This document shows, piece by piece, positions 7,954 to 18,124 of a stretch of DNA of 32,000 bases; within the stretch, counting starts at the first letter, position 1, and each line of letters starts with the position of its first letter. The translations under genes were made by a program, and so were the position numbers. The notes beneath the pieces are model-generated. The model had not been told where the DNA came from and did no database searches. It was given only the letters and a program-made list of their open reading frames with translations. Source of the DNA: Demequinaceae bacterium (GTDB taxonomy: Bacteria; Actinomycetota; Actinomycetes; Actinomycetales; Demequinaceae). The stretch spans positions 1,140,001 through 1,172,000 of the forward strand of contig OZ252279.1 in assembly GCA_965250005.1 (NCBI GenBank), given 5' to 3'.

Positions 7954-9252
7954 CTACTTCAAGAATCCTTCGTAGTGGCGCTGCTCAAGCTGGGACTGGA
8001 TGCGCTTGACCGTGTCTAGCCCGACGCCCACCACGATGAGGATCGAGGCGCCGCCGAACGGAATATTGGTGCTGAGCCCGAGCGCGACGAACACGACAGT
8101 CGGCACAAGCGCAACGATGGCTAGGTAAATCGAGCCCGCCGCAGTGATGCGGGACAACACATAGTCGAGGAATTCCGCCGTCGGCTTGCCAGGGCGAATT
8201 CCAGGGATGAAGCCACCGTACTTCTTCATGTTGTCCGCGACTTCGTCCGGGTTGAACGTGATGGCGGTATAGAAGTAGGCGAAAAAGACGATCAAAAGCA
8301 CGTAGAGCAGGATATTTAGCGGCTCGCCCTGTTGCGCGATATTGTCCTGGACCCAGCGAATCCACGGAGCGGCGTCGGCACCCGCGAATTGCACGATCAC
8401 CTGCGGAAGCGTGAGCAGCGACGACGCGAAGATCACCGGGATGATTCCCGCCATGTTGATCTTGATCGGGATGTACGTCGAAGAACCGCCGAGCATCTTG
8501 CGCCCGACCATCCGCTTCGCATACTGAACCGGGATGCGACGCTGCGACTGCTCAACGAACACCACGGCGACGATCACGATGACTACGACGAGCGCGACGA
8601 GCGCGGACTTGCTCGGGCCCCCGCTGGAGTTCCAGATGGTCTGAGCGGAGCCGGGGAAGCTCGATGCGATGGAGGTGAAGATCAGTAGCGACATGCCATT
8701 GCCGATGCCGCGCTCCGTGATGCGCTCACCGAGCCACATGATGAGTACGGTCCCGGCGGTCATGGTGAGAACCATCATCGAAATGATGTACCAGGACTGG
8801 TCCGGGATCATGCCTTCGCAGTTGGGCAGGAGCAGGCCGTTGCGGGCAAGGGTGATGTATGAGGCCGACTGCATAGCTGCGAACGCGACGGTGATGTACC
8901 GCGTGTACTGCGTGAGCTTGGCCTGGCCATCTTGGCCCTCGGAGTGAAGGGTCTGGAAGCGCGGAATCAGCACGCGGAGCAACTGCACCATGATGCTCGC
9001 CGTAATGTACGGCATGATGCCTAGCGCGAAGACCGACAGGGTCAGGAGCCCGCCGCCGCTGAATACGTTGATGAGGTTGGCGAAGCTGTTGGCCTCGGTG
9101 CCCGAGTTGAGGCAATCCTGGATGTTGCCGTAACTGACGCCCGGCGTGGGGATCGCAATACCCAGGCGGTAGACCATCAAGATTCCGAGCGTGAAGAGGA
9201 TCTTGCGCCGCAAGTCCGGAGTGCGGAACGCACTCACAAATCCACCGAGCAT
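7954..9252 (-). CDS. secY: preprotein translocase subunit SecY
   Basis: 432-aa multi-pass membrane protein. N-terminus FRTPDLRRKILFTLGILMVYRLG, plus GIMPYITASIMVQLL, GERITERGIGNGMSLLIF and the position after rplO are canonical SecY. Confidence 0.95.
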   Translation of the reverse strand: MLGGFVSAFRTPDLRRKILFTLGILMVYRLGIAIPTPGVSYGNIQDCLNSGTEANSFANLINVFSGGGLLTLSVFALGIMPYITASIMVQLLRVLIPRFQTLHSEGQDGQAKLTQYTRYITVAFAAMQSASYITLARNGLLLPNCEGMIPDQSWYIISMMVLTMTAGTVLIMWLGERITERGIGNGMSLLIFTSIASSFPGSAQTIWNSSGGPSKSALVALVVVIVIVAVVFVEQSQRRIPVQYAKRMVGRKMLGGSSTYIPIKINMAGIIPVIFASSLLTLPQVIVQFAGADAAPWIRWVQDNIAQQGEPLNILLYVLLIVFFAYFYTAITFNPDEVADNMKKYGGFIPGIRPGKPTAEFLDYVLSRITAAGSIYLAIVALVPTVVFVALGLSTNIPFGGASILIVVGVGLDTVKRIQSQLEQRHYEGFLK

Positions 9253-9294
9253 GTCTTCTCCTTGATTACGTTGGTCACAACCGTCACGAGGGCA

Positions 9295-9329
9295 TCGAAC
9301 CGGGCTCGTGTGGAACGAGCCCGGTTCGA
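9295..9329 (-). terminator. strong intra-cluster stem-loop between rplO and secY (attenuator, terminator or processing/stability element)
   Basis: TCGAACCGGGCTCG (9295-9308), loop TGTGGAA, CGAGCCCGGTTCGA (9316-9329): 14-bp perfect stem starting 3 nt after the rplO TAG. No U-tract follows. Confidence 0.55.
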
Positions 9330-9331
9330 CT

Positions 9332-10069
9332 CTAGCCTTCGTTTACGGTTCCGCCTGCGGCTTCGATCTTGGTCTTCGCTGACTGCGAAACTTTGTCAGC
9401 GTCGACAATAGTGAGCTTGACTTTGATGTCGCCGTCTCCGAGGACTTTGACCAGCTCGTTCTTGCGGACGGCACCCTTGGCTACAAGATCTTCCTTGGTG
9501 ACGTTTCCGCCCTTCGGGTAGAGCTCGGCGAGCGCCGCTACGTTAACAACTTGGTACTCGACTCGGAATGGGTTCCTGAACCCGCGCAGCTTGGGGATAC
9601 GCATGTGGATAGGCGTCTGCCCACCCTCGAAGCGCTCGGGCACTTGATAACGGGCACCCGTACCCTTGGTACCGCGACCAGCGGTCTTGCCTCGCTTGCC
9701 ACCCTCGCCTCGACCCACACGGATCTTGGTTTGGTGCGCACCATCTGCTGGACGCAGGTGGTGCATCCTCAGCGTGCTGACCTTGGGACCTTCGGCGACG
9801 TTGCTGCCCGATGGCTTCTTGGCGGCCGGCTTCTTCTTTGCCGGTGCCTTGGTAGCGGCCGCTTTTGCTGGCGACTTGGAGGCAGCGGTCTCGGCAGCAG
9901 GCTTCTTCGCAGCAGCAGGCTTCGCGGCAGGTGTCTTAGCGGCAGGCTTCTTCGCAGCAGCAGGCTTCGCGGCAGGCTTCTTTGCGGCGGGCTTCTTCGC
10001 AGCAGGAGCCTTGGCAGCGGGCTTCTTTGCAGCGGCAGGCTTCGCCGCCGGCTTCTTGGCTTCAACCAT
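9332..10069 (-). CDS. rplO: 50S ribosomal protein L15, with an N-terminal Ala/Lys/Pro repeat extension of about 100 aa
   Basis: C-terminal 145 aa is canonical L15 ([34 protein letters not shown]...). ATG at 10067-10069 overlaps the rpmD TAA (TAATG). The open frame across 9767-10069 encodes KKPAAK-type repeats. Confidence 0.85.
   Translation of the reverse strand: MVEAKKPAAKPAAAKKPAAKAPAAKKPAAKKPAAKPAAAKKPAAKTPAAKPAAAKKPAAETAASKSPAKAAATKAPAKKKPAAKKPSGSNVAEGPKVSTLRMHHLRPADGAHQTKIRVGRGEGGKRGKTAGRGTKGTGARYQVPERFEGGQTPIHMRIPKLRGFRNPFRVEYQVVNVAALAELYPKGGNVTKEDLVAKGAVRKNELVKVLGDGDIKVKLTIVDADKVSQSAKTKIEAAGGTVNEG
9898..9976 (-). repeat. perfect 34-nt direct duplication, 45-nt period, inside the rplO extension
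   Basis: CAGGCTTCTTCGCAGCAGCAGGCTTCGCGGCAGG occurs at 9898-9931 and again at 9943-9976. It is in frame as a 15-aa unit ([13 protein letters not shown]-type). Confidence 0.85.
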
Positions 10070-10251
10070 TACTCGACCTCCTCAACGGTCACAAGGTGCC
10101 GGACTGTGTTCACCATGCCGCGAATCTCGGGGCGATCCTCCTTGACGACAATGTCGCCAACGCGCTTGAGACCAAGCGAACGGAGAGTCTCCCGGTGATT
10201 CGGCTTGGTGCCGATTCCGGATTTCTTCTGGGAAACTTTCAGGCGCGCCAT
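10069..10251 (-). CDS. rpmD: 50S ribosomal protein L30
   Basis: [59 protein letters not shown] is canonical L30. The start overlaps the rpsE stop. Confidence 0.94.
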   Translation of the reverse strand: MARLKVSQKKSGIGTKPNHRETLRSLGLKRVGDIVVKEDRPEIRGMVNTVRHLVTVEEVE

Positions 10252-10805
10252 TACTTAGCTCCCGCGGCCTGAGCGCGCAGCATTGCCTGCGGCGCGACGT
10301 CTTCGACGGACTTTCCACGACGGGCAGCTACAGCCTCGGGCAATTCAAGCATCTTGAGACCAGCGATAGTCGCGTGAACGATGTTGATCGCGTTAGAGGA
10401 TCCGAGGGATTTGGTGAGAACGTCGTGAATGCCAGCGCACTCGAGCACGGCGCGCACGGGTCCACCCGCGATCACGCCGGTACCCGGGGATGCCGGACGC
10501 ATGAATACCACGCCAGCAGCGGCCTCACCCTGCACGATGTGCGGGATGGTGCCCTGGATGCGCGGCACACGGAAGAAGTTCCGCTTGGCCTCTTCAACGC
10601 CCTTGGAGATAGCCACGGGCACCTCTTTTGCCTTGCCGTAGCCAACGCCGACGTTGCCGTCACCGTCGCCTACGACTACCAACGCGGTGAAGGAGAACCT
10701 ACGGCCACCCTTCACCACCTTGGAGACGCGGTTGATCGTTACAACGCGCTCGATAAACTTGTCTTCTGCACCGCGGCGTCCGCGGTCGTTGCTCTGCTGA
10801 GCCAT
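10251..10805 (-). CDS. rpsE: 30S ribosomal protein S5
   Basis: [50 protein letters not shown]...[15 protein letters not shown] is canonical S5. Confidence 0.95.
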   Translation of the reverse strand: MAQQSNDRGRRGAEDKFIERVVTINRVSKVVKGGRRFSFTALVVVGDGDGNVGVGYGKAKEVPVAISKGVEEAKRNFFRVPRIQGTIPHIVQGEAAAGVVFMRPASPGTGVIAGGPVRAVLECAGIHDVLTKSLGSSNAINIVHATIAGLKMLELPEAVAARRGKSVEDVAPQAMLRAQAAGAK

Positions 10806-10842
10806 CAGATGATTCCCTGTTCGTTGTTACGGGTCTGCTCGG

Positions 10843-11214
10843 TCATAGCGACAGCCCGCCTTCCCGTGCTCCGTCAGCAACCGCGGCCACTCGGCCGTGG
10901 TACTTGTTGCCTCCGCGGTCAAAGACGACGTCAGAAACGCCTGCCTTCTTGGCGCGCTCAGCAATGAGTTGACCCACCTTGGAGGCGCGCTCGGTCTTGT
11001 CGCCCTTGACGGCGCGGATGTCGGCCTCTTGCGAAGATGCATACGCGAGCGTCTTGCCGACCGTGTCGTCCACAACCTGCGCGACCATGTGGCGCGACGA
11101 GCGGGTGACGACCAGCCTCGGGCGGGCGGGAGTGCCGGTGATCTTTTTGCGCAGGCGGAAGTGACGGCGCTTGCGCTGAACCGCCTTGCCCTTGCCCTTG
11201 ATCGCGATACCCAT
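10843..11214 (-). CDS. rplR: 50S ribosomal protein L18
   Basis: [37 protein letters not shown]...[26 protein letters not shown] is canonical L18. The ATG overlaps the rplF TAA. Confidence 0.95.
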   Translation of the reverse strand: MGIAIKGKGKAVQRKRRHFRLRKKITGTPARPRLVVTRSSRHMVAQVVDDTVGKTLAYASSQEADIRAVKGDKTERASKVGQLIAERAKKAGVSDVVFDRGGNKYHGRVAAVADGAREGGLSL

Positions 11215-11750
11215 TACTTGCCTGCCTTTCCGGCCTTGCGGCGAACGTGCTCGCCCACATAGCGGACGCCCTTGCCCTTGTAGGGCTCAGGGGGCCGCAC
11301 TTTGCGAATGTTCGCGGCGACTTCACCCACCTGCTGTTTGCTGATGCCAGCAACAGTGAACTTGGTAGTTCCGTCGACCGAGAAGTTGATGCCCTCGGGC
11401 GCCTCGATGACCACCGAGTGCGAGAAGCCGAGTGCGAACTCGAGCTTCTTGCCAGACTGGGCAACGCGGTAACCGGTGCCCACGATTTCGAGCTCCTTGA
11501 CGTAGCCCTCGGTGACGCCGATCACCATGTTGGCGACAAGGGTTCGCGTGAGGCCGTGAAGGGACTTCGACAGGCGCTCGTCGTTGGGACGGGCCACCTC
11601 GATGCCCTCGTCGGTCTTCTTAACCGTGAGCGGCGATTTGACGGTGAGCGACAGGGTGCCCTTGGGCCCCTTGACGGTCACGTCGAGACCGCTAACAGTG
11701 ACGTCCACTCCGGCCGGAACCGGGACTGGTACTTTGCCAATGCGCGACAT
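11214..11750 (-). CDS. rplF: 50S ribosomal protein L6
   Basis: 178 aa from the ATG at 11748-11750: [21 protein letters not shown]...[25 protein letters not shown]. The ORF-track extension to 12143 overlaps rpsH and was trimmed. Confidence 0.93.
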   Translation of the reverse strand: MSRIGKVPVPVPAGVDVTVSGLDVTVKGPKGTLSLTVKSPLTVKKTDEGIEVARPNDERLSKSLHGLTRTLVANMVIGVTEGYVKELEIVGTGYRVAQSGKKLEFALGFSHSVVIEAPEGINFSVDGTTKFTVAGISKQQVGEVAANIRKVRPPEPYKGKGVRYVGEHVRRKAGKAGK

Positions 11751-11763
11751 ATGTGTTCCTCCC

Positions 11764-12162
11764 CTACCAGACGAAAGCGACGACTTCTCCGCCGACGCCC
11801 TTCTTGTCGGCCTCGCGGTCGGTAAGCAGACCGGAGGAGGTGGACAGGATGGCAACACCAAGCCCGCCGAGCACGCGCGGGAGGTGAGTGGACTTCGCGT
11901 AGACGCGGAGTCCGGGCTTAGAGACGCGCTTAACGCCGGCGAGCGAACGCTCGCGGCTAGGCCCGTACTTGAGCTTGAGCGTGAGCGTCTTGCCCACCTG
12001 AGCGTCAACGATATCCGAGCTCGCGATGTAGCCCTCGCTCTCGAGGATCTTAGCGATGTTCGCCTTGAGCTTCGAGTGAGGCATCGACACGGTCTCGTGG
12101 TACGCCGAATTTGCGTTACGCAGACGGGTGAGCATGTCTGCAATTGGGTCTGTCATTGTCAT
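11764..12162 (-). CDS. rpsH: 30S ribosomal protein S8
   Basis: [46 protein letters not shown] is canonical S8. Confidence 0.95.
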   Translation of the reverse strand: MTMTDPIADMLTRLRNANSAYHETVSMPHSKLKANIAKILESEGYIASSDIVDAQVGKTLTLKLKYGPSRERSLAGVKRVSKPGLRVYAKSTHLPRVLGGLGVAILSTSSGLLTDREADKKGVGGEVVAFVW

Positions 12163-12217
12163 AGGTCTTGAGTCTCTTCCTCGCCGCGGTTTCCGTTAGG
12201 ACCTGTGGCGTAGTTGA

Positions 12218-12403
12218 TTACCAGCTGCTCTTGGTGATTCCGGGAAGCTGCCCAGCGTGCGCCATCTCACGAAAGCACACACGGCACAGGCCGAACTTGC
12301 GGTAGACAGCGTGCGGGCGACCGCACTTCTGACACCGGGTGTAGGCGCGCACCGCAAACTTGGGCTTGCGGGCCGCCTTGTTCTTTAGCGCAGTCTTGGC
12401 CAT
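12218..12403 (-). CDS. rpsN: 30S ribosomal protein S14, short zinc-ribbon (type Z) form
   Basis: 61 aa with [23 protein letters not shown] (CxxC...CxxC), located between rplE and rpsH. Confidence 0.94.
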   Translation of the reverse strand: MAKTALKNKAARKPKFAVRAYTRCQKCGRPHAVYRKFGLCRVCFREMAHAGQLPGITKSSW

Positions 12404-12405
12404 TG

Positions 12406-12963
12406 CTACTTCTCCTTGAACGGGAAGCCGAGCCGCTTAAGCAGCGAGTATGCCTCTTCGTCGGTGGTTGCGGTGGTGACAACAGTGATGTCCATGCCAC
12501 GCACGCGGTCGATCTTGTCCTGGTTGATCTCGTGAAACATGGACTGCTCCGTGAGACCAAAGGTGTAGTTTCCGCCGCCATCAAACTGCTTGGGGCTGAG
12601 CCCACGGAAGTCACGGATGCGCGGAAGTGCGGTCGACAGCAAACGGTCAAGGAACTCCCACATGCGGTCGCCGCGAAGCGTCACGTGGGCGCCGATCGGC
12701 TGACCCTCGCGAAGTTTGAACTGGGCGATCGACTTGCGAGCCTTAGTTACCTGCGGCTTCTGACCAGTGATTGCCCTCAGGTCGTTGATAGCGCCGGTGA
12801 TGAGCTTGGAGTCCTTTGCGGCATCTCCGACACCCATGTTGACAACAATCTTGGTAAGACCGGCAACCATGTTGATGTTCTCGTGGGAAAACTCCTCGCT
12901 AAGGCCGGCAATGACCTCGGCGCGGTAGCGCTTCTTGAGACGCGGTGAGGTAGTGGCAGCCAT
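12406..12963 (-). CDS. rplE: 50S ribosomal protein L5
   Basis: [19 protein letters not shown]...[12 protein letters not shown]...[28 protein letters not shown] is canonical L5. Confidence 0.95.
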   Translation of the reverse strand: MAATTSPRLKKRYRAEVIAGLSEEFSHENINMVAGLTKIVVNMGVGDAAKDSKLITGAINDLRAITGQKPQVTKARKSIAQFKLREGQPIGAHVTLRGDRMWEFLDRLLSTALPRIRDFRGLSPKQFDGGGNYTFGLTEQSMFHEINQDKIDRVRGMDITVVTTATTDEEAYSLLKRLGFPFKEK

Positions 12964-13301
12964 CAGACGTCCTTACCTGAGCGCTTGGCGACGCGCACGC
13001 GCATGTTGCGCTTGCGGCCGTCACGCTCGACTTTTTCCGTGCGGTAGCCCACGCGGGTGCCCTTCTTGGTCTCCGGGTCGACCAGCATGACGTTGGACGC
13101 GTGAATTGGCGCCTCGACGTTCACGATGCCGCCCTCGGCGTTGTCGCGGCGCGTGCCAGGACGAACGTGCTTGGTGACGCGCTGGATGCCTTCGACGATG
13201 AGCTTCTCGCTCTGCGTGATGACTTCGAGCACGCGACCTTGCTGTCCGCGGTCACGTCCGGTGATGACGACCACGAGGTCGCCCTTCTTGATCTTCGCCA
13301 T
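12963..13301 (-). CDS. rplX: 50S ribosomal protein L24
   Basis: [27 protein letters not shown] (KOW motif) and the position between rplN and rplE. Confidence 0.94.
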   Translation of the reverse strand: MAKIKKGDLVVVITGRDRGQQGRVLEVITQSEKLIVEGIQRVTKHVRPGTRRDNAEGGIVNVEAPIHASNVMLVDPETKKGTRVGYRTEKVERDGRKRNMRVRVAKRSGKDV

Positions 13302-13672
13302 TAGATGACCTCCGGGGCGAGCGAGATGATCTTCATAAACTTCCTGTCGCGCAATTCCCGGCCTACGGGGCCGAAGATGCGCGTGCCACGAGGCTCCGTG
13401 TCATCACCCTTGAGGATGACAGCGGCGTTCTCGTCGAACTTGATGTATGAACCGTCAGGTCGGCGTGCCTCTTTGGTCGTGCGAACGATGACGGCCTTGA
13501 CGACCTCACCCTTCTTCACGTTTCCGCCGGGGATAGCGTCCTTGACAGTGGCGACGATGGTGTCGCCAATGCCGGCGTAGCGGCGCTTCGAACCACCGAG
13601 AACACGGATGCAAAGGATCTCCTTTGCGCCGGTGTTGTCGGCGATGCGCAAGCGCGACTCCTGCTGAATCAT
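13301..13672 (-). CDS. rplN: 50S ribosomal protein L14
   Basis: [50 protein letters not shown] is canonical L14. Confidence 0.96.
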   Translation of the reverse strand: MIQQESRLRIADNTGAKEILCIRVLGGSKRRYAGIGDTIVATVKDAIPGGNVKKGEVVKAVIVRTTKEARRPDGSYIKFDENAAVILKGDDTEPRGTRIFGPVGRELRDRKFMKIISLAPEVI

Positions 13673-13726
13673 GTCTGTGTCTCCTGTCGTCTGGTTCTCG
13701 CTTGCGCGAGCCTGGTCGAACTTCCC

Positions 13727-14011
13727 TTACTTGGCCTTCTCGATGACTTCGACGAGACGCCAGCGCTTCGATGCTGACAGCGGGCGCGTCTCCATAATGA
13801 GGACGAGGTCCCCAATACCGGCCGTGTTGGCCTCGTCGTGAGCCTTGATCTTTGATGTGCGGCGGATGACCTTGCCGTAGAGGGGGTGCTTAACGCGGTC
13901 CTCAACCTCGACGGTGATGGTCTTCTGCATTTTGTCGGAAGTCACGTACCCGCGGCGCGTTTTGCGCTTGGCGCGGTGGTCTTCCGTCGCTGTCGAATGC
14001 TTGGTAGCCAT
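13727..14011 (-). CDS. rpsQ: 30S ribosomal protein S17
   Basis: [45 protein letters not shown]...[16 protein letters not shown] is canonical S17. Confidence 0.95.
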   Translation of the reverse strand: MATKHSTATEDHRAKRKTRRGYVTSDKMQKTITVEVEDRVKHPLYGKVIRRTSKIKAHDEANTAGIGDLVLIMETRPLSASKRWRLVEVIEKAK

Positions 14012-14022
14012 AGTCCTGTTCC

Positions 14023-14265
14023 TTACTCGCCGTCCGCGCTAGGTGCGGTGCGGATGCCGAGCTCGCGCTCGCGCAGAATCGTGTAGATGCGGGCGATGTC
14101 CCGCTTGACTGCCTTGAGGCGACCGTGGCTCTCGAGCTGGCCGGTGGCCGACTGGAAGCGCAGGTTGAACAACTCTTCCTTGGCTTTCTTAAGCTCTTCT
14201 GCCAGCGTCTCGTCTTCCATTGCGTCGAGCTCGGCAGGTGCCAGGTTCTTGCTTCCGATAGCCAT
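14023..14265 (-). CDS. rpmC: 50S ribosomal protein L29
   Basis: [46 protein letters not shown] is canonical L29. The start overlaps the rplP stop. Confidence 0.93.
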   Translation of the reverse strand: MAIGSKNLAPAELDAMEDETLAEELKKAKEELFNLRFQSATGQLESHGRLKAVKRDIARIYTILRERELGIRTAPSADGE

Positions 14266-14684
14266 CAGATTTCACCACCCTCACGAGCAACGAAGCGGGT
14301 CTTCATGGGCAGTTTGTGCTGCGCGCGACTCAGTGCTTCGCGCGCGAGATCAACGTCAACACCAGCGACCTCAAAGAGAACTCGGCCGGGCTTAACGTTG
14401 GCGATCCACCACTCGGGCGAACCCTTACCGGAACCCATGCGGACTTCCGCAGGCTTCTTGGTCAGCGGACGATCCGGGTAGATGTTGATCCAGACTTTTC
14501 CGCCACGCTTGATGTGGCGGGTCATCGCGATACGTGCAGCCTCAATCTGGCGGTTGGTCACGTACGCGGGCTCGGTGGCCATGATGCCGTAGTCACCGAA
14601 CGAAACCTTGGTGCCACCAGACGCCGGCCCGGAGCGACCAGGGTGGTGCTGCTTGCGGTGCTTCACGCGCTTGGGAATAAGCAT
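14265..14684 (-). CDS. rplP: 50S ribosomal protein L16
   Basis: [19 protein letters not shown]...[49 protein letters not shown] is canonical L16. Confidence 0.96.
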   Translation of the reverse strand: MLIPKRVKHRKQHHPGRSGPASGGTKVSFGDYGIMATEPAYVTNRQIEAARIAMTRHIKRGGKVWINIYPDRPLTKKPAEVRMGSGKGSPEWWIANVKPGRVLFEVAGVDVDLAREALSRAQHKLPMKTRFVAREGGEI

Positions 14685-14687
14685 GTC

Positions 14688-15530
14688 CTAACTCTCCCTT
14701 CCTGCGGTCTTGGGTGCCTCAACTGCGGGTGCTTCAGCTGCGGGCGTCACGGTAGCGGGCGCCGCAGGAGCGGAGTCTCTCGGACCTGAGTCACGCGGAC
14801 TTGAGTCACGACGCGGGCCTCCACGGCCACCGCGATCGCCACGTCCGCGCTGGGGGCGGGGTGCCTTTGCTTGCTCGGCGGCCCACTCTTTCTCGGTCAT
14901 GTCGCCCTTGTAGATCCAGACCTTCACGCCGATCTGGCCAAACGTGGTCTTGGACTCGTAGAAGCCGTAGTCGATGTTCGCGCGAAGAGTGTGCAGTGGC
15001 ACGCGACCCTCGCGGTAGAACTCCGAGCGCGACATTTCAGCGCCACCGAGGCGGCCCGAGCACTGAACGCGGATTCCCTTGGCGCCGGCGCGCAGGGCGG
15101 ACTGCATGCCCTTGCGCATTGCACGGCGGAAGGACACCCGCGAAGCGAGCTGCTCGGCAATTCCCTGAGCAACCAACTGCGAGTCGATCTCGGCGTTCTT
15201 GACTTCGAGGATGTTGAGCTGAACCTGCTTGCCGGTCAGTTTCTCGAGACTCGCGCGAAGTTTGTCAGCCTCGGCACCACGACGGCCAATGACGATTCCT
15301 GGGCGGGCGGTGTGGAGGTCGACACGGACGCGTTCGCGCGTGCGCTCGATCTCTACCTTCGACACGCCTGCGCGGTCGAGGCCCTCGGACATGAGCTTGC
15401 GGATCTTGACGTCCTCGCCCACATAGTCGCTGTAGCGCTCGCCCTTTTTGGTCGAGTCGCTGAACCAGCGCGCGCGGTGGTCGGTCGTGATCCCTAGGCG
15501 ATAGCCGTGCGGATTGACTTTTTGTCCCAT
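14688..15530 (-). CDS. rpsC: 30S ribosomal protein S3, with an Arg/Gly/Pro-rich C-terminal tail
   Basis: [23 protein letters not shown]...[15 protein letters not shown] (KH domain) is canonical S3. The tail of about 60 aa contains PRDS[SGA] repeats. Confidence 0.95.
   Translation of the reverse strand: MGQKVNPHGYRLGITTDHRARWFSDSTKKGERYSDYVGEDVKIRKLMSEGLDRAGVSKVEIERTRERVRVDLHTARPGIVIGRRGAEADKLRASLEKLTGKQVQLNILEVKNAEIDSQLVAQGIAEQLASRVSFRRAMRKGMQSALRAGAKGIRVQCSGRLGGAEMSRSEFYREGRVPLHTLRANIDYGFYESKTTFGQIGVKVWIYKGDMTEKEWAAEQAKAPRPQRGRGDRGGRGGPRRDSSPRDSGPRDSAPAAPATVTPAAEAPAVEAPKTAGRES
14781..14810 (-). repeat. 15-nt tandem repeat (2 copies, 1 mismatch) in the rpsC tail
   Basis: CGGACCTGAGTCACG (14781-14795) followed by CGGACTTGAGTCACG (14796-14810). 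It encodes the repeated [10 protein letters not shown] units. Confidence 0.8.
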
Positions 15531-15904
15531 TAGCGTGCCCCTTCCTTGACTGCGTCAGCGGGGGCCGCGACGGTGACAGTGATGTGACTAGAACGCTTGA
15601 GGATCTGGTTCGCACGGCCTTGAGCGCGCGGACGGATCCGCTTCATCGTGGGACCTTCGTCCACGTATGCGTCGGTGATGATGAGCTCCGATTCGTCGAA
15701 ACGCTCACCAACCGCATCGGCCTTGACTCGCGCGTTTGCGACTGCAGACTCGATCAGCTTTCGGACGTTCTCTGCGACCGCCTGCGGCTGGAACCGCAGG
15801 GACGCGATGGTGTCCACCGCGTTCTGGCCGCGAACAAGGTTCACGACACGGCGTGCCTTCTGGGCAGTTACGCGGACGTACCGCGCTTGCGCCTTGGCTT
15901 CCAT
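15530..15904 (-). CDS. rplV: 50S ribosomal protein L22
   Basis: [41 protein letters not shown]...[29 protein letters not shown] is canonical L22. Confidence 0.95.
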   Translation of the reverse strand: MEAKAQARYVRVTAQKARRVVNLVRGQNAVDTIASLRFQPQAVAENVRKLIESAVANARVKADAVGERFDESELIITDAYVDEGPTMKRIRPRAQGRANQILKRSSHITVTVAAPADAVKEGAR

Positions 15905-15939
15905 TGTTGTCTTACCTTCCTTGGTCTCGCCCGGCGCCG

Positions 15940-16218
15940 TTAACGGCGCGCCTTGCGGTCGTCCCTGACGTGGCCTCGGAATGTGCGCGTGGGCGCAAAC
16001 TCGCCGAGCTTGTGGCCGACCATCGCCTCGGTCACAAACACGGGGACGTGCTTGCGGCCGTCGTGCACGGCGAACGTGTGACCCAGGAAATCCGGGGTGA
16101 CAACGCTGCGGCGTGACCAGGTCTTGATGACGTTCTTGGTTCCAGCTGCATTTTGAGCGTCAACCTTCTTCTGAAGGTGGCCATCAATGAAGGGACCCTT
16201 CTTCAAACTGCGTGGCAT
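15940..16218 (-). CDS. rpsS: 30S ribosomal protein S19
   Basis: [20 protein letters not shown]...[53 protein letters not shown] is canonical S19. Confidence 0.96.
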   Translation of the reverse strand: MPRSLKKGPFIDGHLQKKVDAQNAAGTKNVIKTWSRRSVVTPDFLGHTFAVHDGRKHVPVFVTEAMVGHKLGEFAPTRTFRGHVRDDRKARR

Positions 16219-16230
16219 GTCAGAGTCTCC

Positions 16231-17070
16231 TTAGCGCTTGTTCTTGCCGGTACGGCGGCGGCGGACGATGAGTTTGTCGCTTTCCTGGCCCTTGCGACGG
16301 GTGCGGCCTTCACGCTTACCCCAGGGGCTGACAGGGTGACGTCCACCGGACGTCTTTCCCTCACCACCGCCGTGCGGGTGGTCAACCGGGTTCATGACAA
16401 CACCACGGACGGACGGGCGCTTGCCCTTCCAGCGCATGCGGCCGGCCTTTCCCCAGTTGATGCGAGCTTGTTCGGCGTTTCCGACCTCGCCGACGGTGGC
16501 GCGGCAGCGCGCGTCGACGTTGCGGATTTCACCGGACGGCATGCGCAGTTGAGCGAACCCGCTCTCCTTGGCAACGAGTTGCACCGAGGCGCCCGCCGAG
16601 CGCGCGATTTTGGCGCCTCCACCGGGCTTGATCTCGATGGCGTGAATCACGGTACCTACCGGGATGTTGCGCAACGGAAGGCTGTTACCGGGCTTGATGT
16701 CCGCGGCGGGGCCTGCCTCAATGGAGTCGCCCTGCTGCAGCTTGGTCGGGGCGATGATGTAGCGCTTGTCACCGTCCGCGTAGTGAAGCAGCGCGATGCG
16801 AGCAGTGCGGTTGGGGTCGTACTCGATGTGAGCGACCTTGGCCGGGACGCCGTCCTTGTCGTGACGACGGAAGTCAATGAGGCGGTAGGCACGCTTGTGG
16901 CCACCACCCTGGTGACGAGTAGTGATACGACCCTGGTTGTTGCGGCCGCCCTTCTTGGAGAGGGGACGGACCAGCGCCTTCTCGGGGGTATCGCGGGTGA
17001 TCTCGACGAAGTCAGCTACAGACGAGCCACGACGGCCCGGGGTAGTCGGCTTGTACTTACGAAGTGCCAT
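16231..17070 (-). CDS. rplB: 50S ribosomal protein L2
   Basis: 279 aa from the ATG at 17068-17070: [21 protein letters not shown]...[13 protein letters not shown]...[26 protein letters not shown]. The 21-codon ORF-track extension was trimmed. Confidence 0.94.
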   Translation of the reverse strand: MALRKYKPTTPGRRGSSVADFVEITRDTPEKALVRPLSKKGGRNNQGRITTRHQGGGHKRAYRLIDFRRHDKDGVPAKVAHIEYDPNRTARIALLHYADGDKRYIIAPTKLQQGDSIEAGPAADIKPGNSLPLRNIPVGTVIHAIEIKPGGGAKIARSAGASVQLVAKESGFAQLRMPSGEIRNVDARCRATVGEVGNAEQARINWGKAGRMRWKGKRPSVRGVVMNPVDHPHGGGEGKTSGGRHPVSPWGKREGRTRRKGQESDKLIVRRRRTGKNKR

Positions 17071-17089
17071 GAGTGATGTCCTGTTCCCT

Positions 17090-17395
17090 CTAGCCGGCCG
17101 GCCCGCCGAAGACGTCAATCGCTTCGCCCGCAACCAAAGTCACGATTGCGCGCTTGACGTCTTTGCGCTTGCCCAGGCCGTAGCGCGTGCGACGCGACTT
17201 GCCTTTGCGGTTTAGTGTGTTCACCGACGCGACCTTCACACTGAAGACCTGCTCGACGGCAATCTTGATCTCGGTTTTGTTCGAGCGCGGGTCCACCTCA
17301 AAGGTGTACTTACCCTCGTCCATGAGCGAGTAGCTCTTTTCCGAGACGATCGGCTTGATCAGGATGTCCCGGGGGTTCTTCTGGATGGTGGTCAC
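17090..17395 (-). CDS. rplW: 50S ribosomal protein L23
   Basis: [51 protein letters not shown] is canonical L23. The GTG start overlaps the rplD TGA (GTGA). Confidence 0.93.
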   Translation of the reverse strand: MTTIQKNPRDILIKPIVSEKSYSLMDEGKYTFEVDPRSNKTEIKIAVEQVFSVKVASVNTLNRKGKSRRTRYGLGKRKDVKRAIVTLVAGEAIDVFGGPAG

Positions 17396-18123
17396 TTGGT
17401 TTCCTCCGCCTTGGTCGCGGCCTTGGCAGGCGCGGATTTCTCAGCCGCGACGGCCTCAGACTCGGTCGCCACTGCTTTGGCGGACCTACCCTTAGGGGGT
17501 CCGGCAAGGAACGTGTCGAGAGCGGCCTTGGTGAAGATGACGTCATCATTGACGAGAACGTCGTAGGTGTTGAGTTGGCCAACGTCGAGCACGTGCGCGG
17601 TCTTCACATTTCGCAACGACAACACCGCAACGGTGTCCGCGCTGTCGAGCACGACGAGTGCCCGGCGCCCAGAGCTGATGGCCTCAAGCGCAGCAATCGC
17701 GCTCTTGGTCGATGGGGCCTTGCCGTTGATCAGGCTGTCCACCACGTGAACTCGCCCGGCGCGTGCCCGGTCAGAAAGTGCCCCGCGCAATGCGGCGGCC
17801 TTCATTTTCTTGGGCGTGCGCTGCGCGTAGTCGCGGGGCTGCGGTCCGTGGACGATTCCACCACCGGCGTACTGGGGCGCACGGATGGAGCCCTGCCGGG
17901 CATTACCTGTGCCCTTCTGCGGGTGCGGCTTGCGGCCACCGCCCGATACCTCGGCGCGGGTCTTCGTCTTGTGCGTACCCTGGCGAGCCGCAGCGCGCTG
18001 AGCGACAACGACTTGGTGGATAAGCGGGATGTTCGTGTCTACGTCGAACACCTCGGCTGGGAGGTCGGCAGTGCCGGCCTTCTTGCCTGCTGCGTCAACG
18101 ACGTCGATGGTGATGGCAGCCAT
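17392..18123 (-). CDS. rplD: 50S ribosomal protein L4, with an Ala/Lys/Glu-rich C-terminal tail
   Basis: [58 protein letters not shown] is canonical L4. Confidence 0.94.
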   Translation of the reverse strand: MAAITIDVVDAAGKKAGTADLPAEVFDVDTNIPLIHQVVVAQRAAARQGTHKTKTRAEVSGGGRKPHPQKGTGNARQGSIRAPQYAGGGIVHGPQPRDYAQRTPKKMKAAALRGALSDRARAGRVHVVDSLINGKAPSTKSAIAALEAISSGRRALVVLDSADTVAVLSLRNVKTAHVLDVGQLNTYDVLVNDDVIFTKAALDTFLAGPPKGRSAKAVATESEAVAAEKSAPAKAATKAEETK

Positions 18124-18124
18124 G

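Noticed and set aside
9767-10069. Repetitive DNA in the rplO 5' region considered as a CRISPR array, an intergenic tandem repeat or a mobile-element remnant.
   Set aside because: The repeats are in frame, have codon-periodic structure (GCN/AAG/CCN), contain no spacer-like unique units, and are translationally coupled to rpmD. They are a coding low-complexity tract.
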